Notes: generated by a model from the letters alone, not told the origin. A DNA stretch of 64,000 nt from a virus (IMGVR_UViG_3300044730_002015:105525-169524), one strand, 5' to 3'. Counted from the stretch's first letter, positions 1 through 9,475 are shown. Made by a program: numbers and translations.

Positions 1-1382
1 GACTTGGCCCAGCCCTGGCTTTTGCCAGCAGCTATACTGGCACAATGACTGCCGTGTCCGCCGCTGCCCGATGCCGGATCAGGATTCATGGCATCGCCGA
101 GATATCCCCCAATGCTGACGCTAGTGGGAACACCGGATACGCCCAAGGATGCCCAATCCATGGCCTGTACACGAGTGGCCGCTCCTGTGGCCATATAACT
201 GCCCTGCGCGGCATAAAATGTATTGGCCACGCCGGTATTGGCAGTGGACCAGTTGACAGCGTCTGAACTGACTACCGCTGCGCCATTTTGCCCCAGGGCC
301 AGACATTGACTGCCTACCGTGGTCACACAAAATAGATCAGCCACTGTGGCGCTGGTTCTCACAGTCCAGGTACTGCCATTGTTGGTGCTGGTCAAGATAC
401 AACCACCGCGACCTACTGCTATCAGGGTCGAACCAATGACGGTTATGTCATGCAAGCCACAGGTCACACCAGAAGTTTGTCTGGTCCAGGAAGTACCATC
501 ATTGGTGCTGACTATGATAGTACCATTATCGCCAACAGCAAAAAATCTACTGTTAATATAACGCACACGATTTAGATTATAATTCAAAGGAATATCAAAT
601 GCAGTGGTGATCTGCTGCCAGGTGGAACCATTGAATCTCAGGATCAGTGCTGTGGGCGCAATGATATTATTATAATTAAATCTGCGAAAACTATATCCTG
701 GTGTGCCCACTGCTACCAAAGCGGTGCTGCTGGCCGCTGCACCGCGCAATTGTTTAACAGCATAATTGTTATCTGTACCATAAGGCGTGACATCACTCCA
801 GACCTGGCCAGTGGTGCTGGTTAAAACTTTTACGCCGGGACCGCGGGGCACAGGTGCTTGCGAAGTGTCACTGCTGTAAAATCCACCCACTGCATACAGG
901 CGATTTTGAAACACAGTGACGTCAGACAGCATATAATCTTTGGCATTTTGTATCATGAGATTATTAAATCTTATTTCTCCATGATCACCCACTGTCACTG
1001 TGTTATTATTGTATCTAATGATGCCGCGGAAACTGTTGAGAGTAGACACAGCGGATTCAGCAAAGGCAGCGCCATCGTAAGTGACCAGGCTGCTGTCGCT
1101 GTTTTTTATAAATTCTGGATGATAAGCGTCTACACCAGTGTCGGCGATTAAAAAATCCACGCCTGTGCCATCCAATTGATAGCTGTATTCACCGGGTATG
1201 ACAAATCCCGAGTTGGGCTGTTGTGGCCAAGGCCAGGGATTATCTTTAAGTATGTGGCGAAGCAGTCCCCAATTGATGTCAGTGGCAGTGACATTCTGAT
1301 TTTGCCGATCAAAATTATCAGTTTGTTCAACAGATTGAGGATCAGGACGACTGAATAATCCTGGTTGTGAATTAGTGGTCAT
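1..1382 (-). CDS. Subtilisin-like S8 serine protease (partial, runs off the left edge) with a large beta-propeller/Asp-box insertion
   Basis: Absent from the ORF track because there is no stop in the window. Manual translation from ATG 1382 gives GTGVDFLIADTGVDAYHPEF (catalytic Asp) and GHGSHCASIAAGKSQGWAK (catalytic His), separated by S-x-(D/N)-G-x-x-W repeats. Confidence 0.85.
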   Translation of the reverse strand, partial: MTTNSQPGLFSRPDPQSVEQTDNFDRQNQNVTATDINWGLLRHILKDNPWPWPQQPNSGFVIPGEYSYQLDGTGVDFLIADTGVDAYHPEFIKNSDSSLVTYDGAAFAESAVSTLNSFRGIIRYNNNTVTVGDHGEIRFNNLMIQNAKDYMLSDVTVFQNRLYAVGGFYSSDTSQAPVPRGPGVKVLTSTTGQVWSDVTPYGTDNNYAVKQLRGAAASSTALVAVGTPGYSFRRFNYNNIIAPTALILRFNGSTWQQITTAFDIPLNYNLNRVRYINSRFFAVGDNGTIIVSTNDGTSWTRQTSGVTCGLHDITVIGSTLIAVGRGGCILTSTNNGSTWTVRTSATVADLFCVTTVGSQCLALGQNGAAVVSSDAVNWSTANTGVANTFYAAQGSYMATGAATRVQAMDWASLGVSGVPTSVSIGGYLGDAMNPDPASGSGGHGSHCASIAAGKSQGWAK

Positions 1383-1597
1383 TGGTGAAAAGGCGGTATT
1401 TCTATAATCAGTCCCGGCCAATCACTGGGGTGTGGCTGTACATCTGCTACTCTGGGATCTTTCAGCAGCTGATCTACATCGGCCGTGGACACCAATATAT
1501 TGGTAAGACTGCCAGGCTCTGTGTCAATGATACTGGGCAGTGTCATTAATAATTCTTGCTTGTCCTCTGGACTGCGGGCCGTGACATAATAACGCAT
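1379..1597 (-). CDS. Stand-alone subtilisin propeptide/I9-inhibitor-like protein
   Basis: MRYYVT...DQLLKDPRVADVQP resembles S8 prodomain termini; ATGA overlap with the protease ORF. Confidence 0.6.
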   Translation of the reverse strand: MRYYVTARSPEDKQELLMTLPSIIDTEPGSLTNILVSTADVDQLLKDPRVADVQPHPSDWPGLIIEIPPFHQ

Positions 1598-4185
1598 TAT
1601 ACCGCCGTGCCATCAAAATATCTCCAGCTGCTGCCATTGTAATACGCTGGACGATTGGTAGAGCTGATGTAAATTATCGCGCCGGCAGCAGCAGTTGGCA
1701 GTGCGCCAGTGGTATAAGATGCTAATTTTACCGGAGCGTTGGCTGTGATTTGATTTAAAGATCTGAGATTTAAATTGCCTACAGCAGTGATATTTAAATT
1801 GCCGCCGCCGGGTGCCGCACCTGTGCTGATGAAATTGTTGGCGGTAACTGTGCCCGTGAACGATGCTGCCACGCCTGTGATATTGGCATTGGCAGTGATG
1901 GTGCTGGCATACACAGCGCCGTAGTGTGCGCCTACCAAGGTGCCATTGATGCCACCTGACGCTGTGACAGTGGTGGCAGAAATCGTGGGCACAGACAGTG
2001 TGTTGCTGCTGCGATTGTAAGTGAAGTTGTTAGACGAACCCAATATTCCTGAATTGTTGTACTGGATCTGTGTATTGGATCCAGATGCTCCGCTGCCACC
2101 GCCTCCGCTGATGTTGGCCAATATGCTCTGACCATTGGCATATACAAACACGTCAGATACAAATCTGGCTGCTGTGACATTGCCTGTGGCAGTGAGTTGC
2201 CCGCTGGTGTAGGTCAGGCCAGTGGCCGCGGCAAGATTGCTGCCGTCGGTGATCTGCAGTGTGTTGGCTGTGCCCTGCGCGGTACTGTAACGCAGTCCTG
2301 ATCCTGTTCTCACAGCGCCTGTGATGGTGACATTGCCGGCAGTGATGTTGCCTGTGTAGGTGGGCAGATAAGCAGCCACGTTGGCGTTGCTGTAGTTGAT
2401 GTTGGTTAGATTTGAACCATCGCCAATGAAATAAGCAGCCGAAACTGTGCCAGTGACATTGGCCTGTGCAGCGCCCACGTTGCCGGCTGTTCTCAGTCCA
2501 CCAGTGGCCGAAATCAAGTTGCTGGTAGACACAGGTACTACCAAACTGTTTAGTATGGTTGGCACATAGCCCTGTACATCAATATTGCTGTAAGTGGCAT
2601 TGACGGTAACTGTGCCCAGGCCCGTGGGCGGCGATATGGTCACTCCGGTTCCGGCCAAGATCTGATTGACATTGCCACCTTGTATGGTGATGTTGCTGCC
2701 ACCGCCGGTAAAGGGTGTGCCGTTGGCATAGTAATAATTGTCAGTGTGTATGCTGGTGGTGCGCACAGTACCGGTCACAGTCAAAGTGTCAGTGACGTTG
2801 CTGCGATAGCTGAATACTGTGCCGCTGGCGATCACATTGCCAGCAGCGATATTGCCTGTGTAAGTGGGCAAATAAGCAGCCACATTGGCATTGGCATACT
2901 GCGTGGGCAGGCCTGTGAGTTGGCTGCCATTGCCCAGCACATATCCAGCTGACACATTGCCCGACACTGTGACATTGCCGGCTGCAACATTACCGGTGTA
3001 GACCAGCAAATAAGCAGCCACATTGGCATTGCCGTAGTTGTTGTTTAGGCCAGTTAAAAATGCTCCGTTGCCCAGCAAATAACTGCCGGCGATATTGGCC
3101 GTGGTGGTGACATTGCTGGTCAAGCCAGTGAGATAATTGGCTACGTTGGCATTGCTGTAGTTGATGGTCACACCAGTGAGCAATGCTCCGTTGCCCAGGA
3201 AATACAGCGCCTGCACATTGCTGGTATTGTTGGGCAATACCACGCCAAATCTTGCATCTACGTTGGCATCACCGTAGTTGCTGGTCAGCGTGACCATGCC
3301 TTGCCCGGTGCTGGGCGTGACCACGATCTGGCTGTTGCCCGAAGTGATTTGTGTAACACCTATGTTGGCAGTGACATTGCCATTGCCGCCAAAATTGATC
3401 AGATTACCATTTTGATCATAATATGCCGCGGCTCTGATGCCTTGTGTGACGATACTGGTGGCAGTCAATGCTGTGTTGGCCAGGATATAGTTAAATTGCG
3501 CACTGGCTCCTGTTATAAGATTCACGCCTTTGATGGTATTGACTGTGAGATTATTGACGTTTTGTATGCTGGTGGGATTCAATGTGCCAGAATATGTAGG
3601 CAGATAATTGGCCACATTTTGATTATTGTAACTGCTGACAATGCTGGTGCCATTGGGATATAGATAATTGGCAGCGGTAACAGTGGTGGCAGTCACTGCC
3701 GGCACAGTCATAAGACCAGTGCCGGGATTGTAGGTCAGGCTGGCATTGGCTGACAGCGCGGTATTGATATTGTATTGTATCTGATAGTTGCCGCCCGCGG
3801 CCTGCACCGCGGCACTGGCATAGGTCCAGTACAGTTGTCCGTTGCCACGTGTGGCTAAAAACTGGCCATTTAATCCGCCTTGTATGCTCACATAGGCATT
3901 GCTGGGCAATATCACGCGGCCCGTGCCCCTGGGAGCTATCTGTATGTTGCCATTGGTTCTGCTGGTGCTGCTGATAAGACTGGTGTTGTTGCTGGCACTC
4001 CAGGTCATGGCCAGATTTGAATCTGTGTTGGCTGTTCTACTGGTTATGACCAGCGCTGTGCCGTTGATGGGGCCTACATTGGCCAGTTTACGGAAATTGT
4101 CGTTGACTTTTTGCAGTGCGGTGCGTAATGGATCACCGTCGCTGGCATTGGCTCGTGTTCCTACATTGATCAGTTGGAATGGCAT
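1597..4185 (-). CDS. Virion structural protein (baseplate/tail-fibre-like) with YxNANVAAYLPTYTGN repeats
   Basis: N-terminal INVGTRANASDGDPLRTALQKVNDNF is a T4 gp9/gp10-like motif; G/N/T/A-rich internal repeats. Confidence 0.75.
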   Translation of the reverse strand: MPFQLINVGTRANASDGDPLRTALQKVNDNFRKLANVGPINGTALVITSRTANTDSNLAMTWSASNNTSLISSTSRTNGNIQIAPRGTGRVILPSNAYVSIQGGLNGQFLATRGNGQLYWTYASAAVQAAGGNYQIQYNINTALSANASLTYNPGTGLMTVPAVTATTVTAANYLYPNGTSIVSSYNNQNVANYLPTYSGTLNPTSIQNVNNLTVNTIKGVNLITGASAQFNYILANTALTATSIVTQGIRAAAYYDQNGNLINFGGNGNVTANIGVTQITSGNSQIVVTPSTGQGMVTLTSNYGDANVDARFGVVLPNNTSNVQALYFLGNGALLTGVTINYSNANVANYLTGLTSNVTTTANIAGSYLLGNGAFLTGLNNNYGNANVAAYLLVYTGNVAAGNVTVSGNVSAGYVLGNGSQLTGLPTQYANANVAAYLPTYTGNIAAGNVIASGTVFSYRSNVTDTLTVTGTVRTTSIHTDNYYYANGTPFTGGGSNITIQGGNVNQILAGTGVTISPPTGLGTVTVNATYSNIDVQGYVPTILNSLVVPVSTSNLISATGGLRTAGNVGAAQANVTGTVSAAYFIGDGSNLTNINYSNANVAAYLPTYTGNITAGNVTITGAVRTGSGLRYSTAQGTANTLQITDGSNLAAATGLTYTSGQLTATGNVTAARFVSDVFVYANGQSILANISGGGGSGASGSNTQIQYNNSGILGSSNNFTYNRSSNTLSVPTISATTVTASGGINGTLVGAHYGAVYASTITANANITGVAASFTGTVTANNFISTGAAPGGGNLNITAVGNLNLRSLNQITANAPVKLASYTTGALPTAAAGAIIYISSTNRPAYYNGSSWRYFDGTAV

Positions 4186-4212
4186 ACTCTAAAGAATCCT
4201 TTAGAGTATTTA
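4184..4212 (-). promoter_or_regulatory. Late promoter TAAATA inside an 11-bp hairpin covering the RBS and start of the structural gene
   Basis: ATACTCTAAAG-AATC-CTTTAGAGTAT at 4184-4209; TAAATA (minus strand) at 4207-4212. Confidence 0.6.
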
Positions 4213-4225
4213 GCGGTTTTGGATT

Positions 4226-4537
4226 TTACACGCTAAAGGAACTGCCGCAGCCACAGGTGGTAGTGGCGTTGGGATTGATGATTTTGAATTCTGCACCCAA
4301 CACAGATTCTGCATAGTCAATGGTGGCGCCCTGTAGATATTGCATACTCATTGAGTCTACCAACACACCATCTATGTTGTAGTCGTCCTCGGCTGTGTCT
4401 GCGTCAAAGGTAAATCCATACTGGAAGCCAGAGCAGCCGCCACCTTGCACAAAAGCACGTACCCGCAGTTTGTCATCATTTTCTTCAGCCAGCAATTGTG
4501 TGATTTTGTTTCGGGCAGATTCCGTGATATTAATCAT
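4226..4537 (-). CDS. erpA: Fe-S cluster insertion protein, ErpA/IscA (HesB) family
   Basis: [16 protein letters not shown] and [14 protein letters not shown] motifs. Confidence 0.93.
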   Translation of the reverse strand: MINITESARNKITQLLAEENDDKLRVRAFVQGGGCSGFQYGFTFDADTAEDDYNIDGVLVDSMSMQYLQGATIDYAESVLGAEFKIINPNATTTCGCGSSFSV

Positions 4538-5093
4538 TTTGGTAGGCCTGTCCCCAGCGGGCATTGATCACATTCCAGTCAAATATTTTCCATATATTTG
4601 CGAGATATTGTTTTTTATCGCTTTGATAATCCAAGGCCCAGGCGTGTTCCCACCAGTCCACCAAGATTAAAATATCATCGCGCACCTGGTGATTGGGTAT
4701 GATTTTTATATCCCCAGATCTGGCCAGATAAACCCAGCCCGATCCCTGCACAGTCATGGCCTGTTTTTGGAATTGTTGTTTGAACTCCTCCCAGGATCCA
4801 AATTTAGCGTTGATCATGCTGCCAATGGGACCGTTGGGGCGATTGTTGTTGCGCGATTTTCTAAACTGTGGGAAAAATAAATTGTGTAAAAAAGCACCAG
4901 CGTAGTTGAATTCCCTATCGCCTTCATCTTTATTGAATCGATCAGCATAGCCGTGGGCCAATTTGCCATAGTGATATTCCATGGTCCGGGCACTCATAAC
5001 GGGATTCAAATCCGAATCTGTGTAGGACAGTTCTACAATACCTATGTCCTGTGGTCGGCTTTTTTCTTCTAGTAAGGTGATTATTTCACGCAT
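4530..5093 (-). CDS. sodA: Fe/Mn superoxide dismutase (Mn-like QGSGW signature)
   Basis: [24 protein letters not shown]; all four metal ligands present. Confidence 0.9.
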   Translation of the reverse strand: MREIITLLEEKSRPQDIGIVELSYTDSDLNPVMSARTMEYHYGKLAHGYADRFNKDEGDREFNYAGAFLHNLFFPQFRKSRNNNRPNGPIGSMINAKFGSWEEFKQQFQKQAMTVQGSGWVYLARSGDIKIIPNHQVRDDILILVDWWEHAWALDYQSDKKQYLANIWKIFDWNVINARWGQAYQND

Positions 5094-5105
5094 GACTCTA
5101 TTTAT

Positions 5106-5321
5106 TTAAAGTCTGCGTGTGACTCTGCCCTTGGTTAAATCGTAGGGTGAAAATTCCACTTCCACGCGATCGCCTGCCAGCACCTTGATGTTGTACTGGC
5201 GCATTTTTCCTGAAATATGTGCTGTGATTTCCGCGCCCTGGTCCAGGCGCACACGGAACATGGCATTGCGTAATACTTCGGTGACTTGCCCTTCTAGTGT
5301 AAGCGAGTCTTCTTTACTCAT
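5106..5321 (-). CDS. infA: Translation initiation factor IF-1
   Basis: NAMFRVRL...AHISGKMR...[18 protein letters not shown]. Confidence 0.97.
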   Translation of the reverse strand: MSKEDSLTLEGQVTEVLRNAMFRVRLDQGAEITAHISGKMRQYNIKVLAGDRVEVEFSPYDLTKGRVTRRL

Positions 5322-5326
5322 AAAAA

Positions 5327-5440
5327 TTAATGATTTTCATTGGTTTTATCTAAGATCTCCATGATACTTCTCACCACTACGTATATGGCTGGCATTCCCA
5401 CTGCTGTGGCTACTGCTACTAACAAGAACACGTCATTCAT
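5327..5440 (-). CDS. Small single-TM protein (37 aa)
   Basis: [28 protein letters not shown]..., AGGAG SD. Confidence 0.55.
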   Translation of the reverse strand: MNDVFLLVAVATAVGMPAIYVVVRSIMEILDKTNENH

Positions 5441-5479
5441 GATTGCTCTCCTAGTGTGTGTTACTTATTTACGGTTTTG

Positions 5480-6298
5480 CTAGACTTCAATTAACTTTGG
5501 TTGCCACTGATCAGCACGGGCTTCGTAGCCCACATAGCCACGTGGGTTACACACGATCCTGGTACGCCCAATTTCATAGTCAAAATCCTCGTGGGTGTGC
5601 CCGTGGGTCCACAGGCAGATTTCTGGACGGTCTAAAATGAATCCGTCCAGGTGAGAACTGTAACAGCCGTTCATGAGCACTTCGTTTTGATAACGAGCGT
5701 GTGTGCTTTGTCTGCTGGGCGAGTGGTGCCCTACCACGATCACACGATCTGAATGCTCTCCCCGGGCTCTGCGATCGTCAATGGTTTCTTTAATATATTT
5801 CAACATGGCTTCATGATCAGCCAGTGCATCCTGGGGCAGGAATCTCCAGGAGCCACCTGCTGCTCCATTGGCAGAATGTTTCACACCTTTGAAATCGTGC
5901 ATCATGCTGCCAGCAGCAGTCAAGGTCAAGGGATCGTTGCCGTTGAAATCAGTCCATAAGGTACCACCAATAAACACATAGTCATCGATCTCAACTGACT
6001 GCTTGTCCAACACATGGAAGTTGTCATAGTCTGCCACTGCGGCACGGATGATGTCTGTGCTTTTGCAGAAGTCACCGTGATAGTGTTCGTGATTGCCCAG
6101 GATCATGACCACCTGGGGGAACAGGTTGTGGCACCTGTGCAGGAATGCCTGGCTCAACACACCGCGTGGATTCATGGTTTCTATATCTCTAGCCACCAGG
6201 ATATCGCCCGACAGGATCAGCACATCTACATCGTGACGATTTTCAAGATCCAGATCACCAAATTCTAGATGGAGATCGCTGGTAACATACAATTTCAT
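5480..6298 (-). CDS. Calcineurin-like metallophosphoesterase
   Basis: SDLH, GD, GNHE, HH, HGHTH motifs. Confidence 0.92.
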   Translation of the reverse strand: MKLYVTSDLHLEFGDLDLENRHDVDVLILSGDILVARDIETMNPRGVLSQAFLHRCHNLFPQVVMILGNHEHYHGDFCKSTDIIRAAVADYDNFHVLDKQSVEIDDYVFIGGTLWTDFNGNDPLTLTAAGSMMHDFKGVKHSANGAAGGSWRFLPQDALADHEAMLKYIKETIDDRRARGEHSDRVIVVGHHSPSRQSTHARYQNEVLMNGCYSSHLDGFILDRPEICLWTHGHTHEDFDYEIGRTRIVCNPRGYVGYEARADQWQPKLIEV

Positions 6299-6690
6299 TA
6301 TCGTCTCATGTGTGCTATGTCAATGGCTTCATCGTCGGTGAATATAGGCACAGCATTGGATTTGTGCAAGGTACCAATGCCTTTGATCTTGGTGCCAGTA
6401 TATACCTTGTCAGCAGGCCTAGCGGCCACTCCCACGGTATCGGCCTTGCTGGGTATGGCCTGCGGTTCACGTCCAGGTGGATATTGCGGTGACACTGATC
6501 GGGCGGGGGTTGCCGGTAATTTGCTGGTAGCGAACTGGGGAGCCAGTTTGGCCCACTCGGCGCGGCGCTGTTGCCACTCGGCCTGCAGTTCGCGTTCTTG
6601 CTGTGCGGCCGCCGCCGAGGCATACTTGCGTCGTTTGGTACGCCACTTGCCCGTGGTGGTCAACCAGGGTCCTTCCAAGTGCATGGTCAT
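6298..6690 (-). CDS. Phage hypothetical protein
   Basis: Coupled ORF; C-terminal YTGTKIKGIGTLHKSNAVP motif typical of T4-like phage hypotheticals. Confidence 0.75.
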   Translation of the reverse strand: MTMHLEGPWLTTTGKWRTKRRKYASAAAAQQERELQAEWQQRRAEWAKLAPQFATSKLPATPARSVSPQYPPGREPQAIPSKADTVGVAARPADKVYTGTKIKGIGTLHKSNAVPIFTDDEAIDIAHMRR

Positions 6691-6806
6691 CAGCGGTCTC
6701 CTTTGTGTCGCTTGGTGAAATCACACAGTGGGTGATAGCCCATGTTGTAGCAGGCACAATGCCTGCCTAAAATCCAGCGGGCCAGGGCTAATCTTAATTT
6801 GATCAT
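6690..6806 (-). CDS. Small hypothetical protein
   Basis: MIKLRLALARWILG...; stop overlaps the next start. Confidence 0.55.
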   Translation of the reverse strand: MIKLRLALARWILGRHCACYNMGYHPLCDFTKRHKGDR

Positions 6807-6822
6807 TTTTGAAGTCCAGATG

Positions 6823-7038
6823 TTATTTGGCTTTCCAATTTGATTCGCACACAAATTTAGTGGAAGACTTGTATGGCCAATCACTGCTCAGCATAAACTG
6901 CTGACGGATCTGGGCAGTGTTTTCGCAGTCGGCCTGATGGCGCATCTGGTAAGTTGTACCCGGACCATAGAGCACTTGCCGTTGCGTGGGCGCATCAGGC
7001 GCAGTCCACCAAACCATTACCACTATCCATTCTATCAC
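6823..7038 (-). CDS. Hypothetical exported/membrane protein
   Basis: Hydrophobic N-terminus, two Cys, AGGAGG SD, downstream of an early promoter. Confidence 0.65.
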   Translation of the reverse strand: MIEWIVVMVWWTAPDAPTQRQVLYGPGTTYQMRHQADCENTAQIRQQFMLSSDWPYKSSTKFVCESNWKAK

Positions 7039-7073
7039 GGCAGTTTCCGCCTCCTTTGATTTGCGATTTTATT

Positions 7074-7102
7074 AGTATAGCACAACGGGATTTTTTGGTC
7101 AA
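7074..7102 (-). promoter_or_regulatory. Early sigma70-type promoter
   Basis: TTGACC-N17-TATACT with extended TG. Confidence 0.8.
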
Positions 7103-7127
7103 GTCTAAGACCCTGATGGGGGCAGGG

Positions 7128-7568
7128 TTATTTGGGCAGTTCAACGGGGGTATTTTTTAACTTTTCCAGCACGGTTAATTTTTGCTTCACGTGCTCGTAG
7201 TGCTCGCGGGCCTGGCGCAGTTCTTCATACTCACGTTCCAGTTTCACATCGGGTACCAAGATGGCCAATCTATCTGCGATTTCTTTCAGTGTTTGTTTTA
7301 GACTCACATCACCAAGCTTGATGTCCGCGCCATCCTCCAGTTGGATGTCGTGTGTTCTCGAGGTATAGTCATTGGATATGGTCCACTGACCTGGATTATA
7401 GGAATAGCCAGGACCAGTGTAGCCGATACCCGAGTGACTAAATCCGTGTCCCAAGGATATGCTGGGCATTGGCGTAGAGCTTAGCGCACCAATGTCCGAG
7501 ACTGATAAATTGGCAAGATCGTCTATTTCGAATTCAGTGTATCCGTGGTAAGGGTTTTTATCTTCCAC
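7128..7568 (-). CDS. Hypothetical protein with C-terminal coiled coil
   Basis: GTG start with AGGA SD; ...IADRLAILVPDVKLEREYEELRQA. Confidence 0.65.
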   Translation of the reverse strand: MEDKNPYHGYTEFEIDDLANLSVSDIGALSSTPMPSISLGHGFSHSGIGYTGPGYSYNPGQWTISNDYTSRTHDIQLEDGADIKLGDVSLKQTLKEIADRLAILVPDVKLEREYEELRQAREHYEHVKQKLTVLEKLKNTPVELPK

Positions 7569-7570
7569 TG

Positions 7571-7768
7571 TTAGTCCTGGGAGTCGGTGTCGGGCTGATT
7601 GGGGTGTATCACTATGGCGCCATTTTTTTCCACGCGGTGCTGGAACTGGCCTTGCTTCAATTTCATCCAACTCTTTATCTGCTCGGGCATTTCTGCCAGC
7701 AAATTGGCACTGTCCGTGACATCTCTGGCCAGACCAGTGGTGAACTTTCTCCGGGGTTGATCTGTCAT
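7571..7768 (-). CDS. Hypothetical protein (AbrB/MazE-like size and pattern)
   Basis: ATGA overlap with the yccA stop; MPEQIKSWMKLKQG...GAIVIHP. Confidence 0.55.
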   Translation of the reverse strand: MTDQPRRKFTTGLARDVTDSANLLAEMPEQIKSWMKLKQGQFQHRVEKNGAIVIHPNQPDTDSQD

Positions 7769-8436
7769 TCGCGATTGCCCAACAGTTGTACGAGATTCAC
7801 AAAGATATTGATGTAGTTGATAAACAAGCTCAAGGCTCCGATAACGATGATACGATCTTCTAGGTCGCTGTCGCTGGCCCAAAGTTGATTGCGGATCTGT
7901 TGCATATCGTAGGCAGTCAAGCCCAGGAATATGCCCACTGCCAAAACATTGATAATGGTCTGTAGCAGTGAACTGCCAAACCAAATGTTGAACAGGCCAA
8001 TCAAGATCAAGGCTATCACACCTGCAAACAAGAAGCCACCCATGCTGGTGAGATCACGTCGAGTAAAATATCCCCAACCTGCCAAGGCACCAAAACTCAC
8101 AGTGGTGATCAACAGACTCTGCACGATACTGGCAGCGGTAAACACTGAAAAAATCAAACTCAAACTTATACCAAAACTCACAGCAAACGCCCAGAAACTG
8201 TATTTCAGTTGTGCTGTGGTCAGTTGTTCCATACGGAACATCAAAAACAAACTCAGGATCAAGGGCATGAATATCACGATGTAGCCCAAGATGCCTGTGA
8301 ATATGGCCTGTGCCAATCCTGGCACTGCCGCGATGCCCGCAGCCATGAGCATGGTCACTGCCAGACCTTGTGTGAGTTGTTTCAAGACCTGAAGTAATTT
8401 GGTGTTAAGGGCCTCTGCGGCCATGGCGATTTGCAT
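7765..8436 (-). CDS. yccA: Bax inhibitor-1/YccA family 7-TM protein
   Basis: Multi-TM; YFTRRDLTSMG, LTAYDMQQI, ALSLFINYINIF. Confidence 0.9.
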   Translation of the reverse strand: MQIAMAAEALNTKLLQVLKQLTQGLAVTMLMAAGIAAVPGLAQAIFTGILGYIVIFMPLILSLFLMFRMEQLTTAQLKYSFWAFAVSFGISLSLIFSVFTAASIVQSLLITTVSFGALAGWGYFTRRDLTSMGGFLFAGVIALILIGLFNIWFGSSLLQTIINVLAVGIFLGLTAYDMQQIRNQLWASDSDLEDRIIVIGALSLFINYINIFVNLVQLLGNRE

Positions 8437-8498
8437 GGTGTGTTTCTCCGGTTACGATAATAATAATTTATGCGAACTTGCTAGAGATGTCAACGTTT

Positions 8499-8720
8499 TT
8501 AGGCGTTATTAATGTGTCTTTTGTTCCAACTGTCCCACACTGTGACAGTTTCCCAACTGTGTGGCCAAGTCATCTGGAACTTGGCAAGACTGTGGTCATC
8601 CAAGAGCCCCAGACGGTTGCCTTGGATGGTGTGTTTGACTCGGTTACTGTTGGCCCAATTTTTGAGTTTTTGGGCGGCATCAGTACCTCGTGCTATCACG
8701 AGATACATGGGTTCTGTCAT
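8499..8720 (-). CDS. Hypothetical protein
   Basis: ORF in series. Confidence 0.6.
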   Translation of the reverse strand: MTEPMYLVIARGTDAAQKLKNWANSNRVKHTIQGNRLGLLDDHSLAKFQMTWPHSWETVTVWDSWNKRHINNA

Positions 8721-8942
8721 TTAATGTAGATAAGGTTGTTGTTCTAGTTGATCCAGTGTTTCGGAATCGATGGCCACAGTTTCTTGATCAAACTCTTGTG
8801 CCAGGGATTCTGGCACTCCAATCAATCTCAGTAAACTGCCCATATGTATGGTTTCAACTTCTAGTTCGACCAGGGTACCAAGCACAGCCGCAAATCTTGT
8901 GAGTTGCTCTTCGGTAAGGTCGTAATCCTTGAGATGTGGCAC
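8721..8942 (-). CDS. Acidic hypothetical protein
   Basis: GTG start 5 nt after TAAATA. Confidence 0.6.
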   Translation of the reverse strand: MPHLKDYDLTEEQLTRFAAVLGTLVELEVETIHMGSLLRLIGVPESLAQEFDQETVAIDSETLDQLEQQPYLH

Positions 8943-8961
8943 ACTTTTATTTAGCCAACAA

Positions 8962-8987
8962 AAAAGGATCCTTGCGGATCCTTTTTG
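8962..8987. terminator. Rho-independent terminator (bidirectional)
   Basis: AAAAAGGATCC-TTGC-GGATCCTTTTT; GCAA loop on the minus strand. Confidence 0.8.
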
Positions 8988-9004
8988 CTTCAAGCACCTG
9001 CAGT

Positions 9005-9343
9005 TTAGGCTTCTACTGCTACACCAGACTTGGCAGTGGCCTTGGCTGTGGGACGAGCCGCAGGCTTGGTAGCCTTGACCTTGACTTCGCCCTTTTTAAC
9101 AGAGCGTGTCATTTCTGCCAGCTTGTTGCTGACTGCAAAACCAGCGTCGCCTTCTAACTTACGGCCATCCAGCATCTGCAGGATTTCCAGTTTAGACATT
9201 GGGCGCTCAAGGTCCTCAAACAGAGCGATGCTATGACCCAGGCCAATGTACGACTTTTGGCGCGCCACAGAGTCGGTGGCAAAACGCACTTTGGTGATAC
9301 CATTTTTGGTTGTAATACCAACTGCTGTAAACTTCTTGTCCAT
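9005..9343 (-). CDS. Hypothetical protein with K/A/P-rich histone-like tail
   Basis: SD GAGG; C-terminal KATKPAARPTAKATAK. Confidence 0.7.
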   Translation of the reverse strand: MDKKFTAVGITTKNGITKVRFATDSVARQKSYIGLGHSIALFEDLERPMSKLEILQMLDGRKLEGDAGFAVSNKLAEMTRSVKKGEVKVKATKPAARPTAKATAKSGVAVEA

Positions 9344-9398
9344 ACTATGCCTCACTTATCAAAGTTGAAAAAATCAGCGACAGTGTCACTGTACCACT

Positions 9399-9427
9399 AC
9401 TATAACAGGAATGGATTTTCCTGTCAA
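9399..9427 (-). promoter_or_regulatory. Early sigma70-type promoter
   Basis: TTGACA-N17-TATAGT. Confidence 0.7.
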
Positions 9428-9475
9428 CATTGGATTTGGCCAAAATCTCAGTTTTGACCAAACCAAATTCCTTTA

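Noticed and set aside
45-1358. Short ORFs from the track in 45-1358
   Set aside because: They are shadows of the long minus-strand protease frame starting at 1382.
2330-3620. Repeats in the structural gene as DGR template/variable repeats
   Set aside because: They are in-frame protein repeats (YxNANVAxYL) without adenine-specific variation; no reverse transcriptase in the window.
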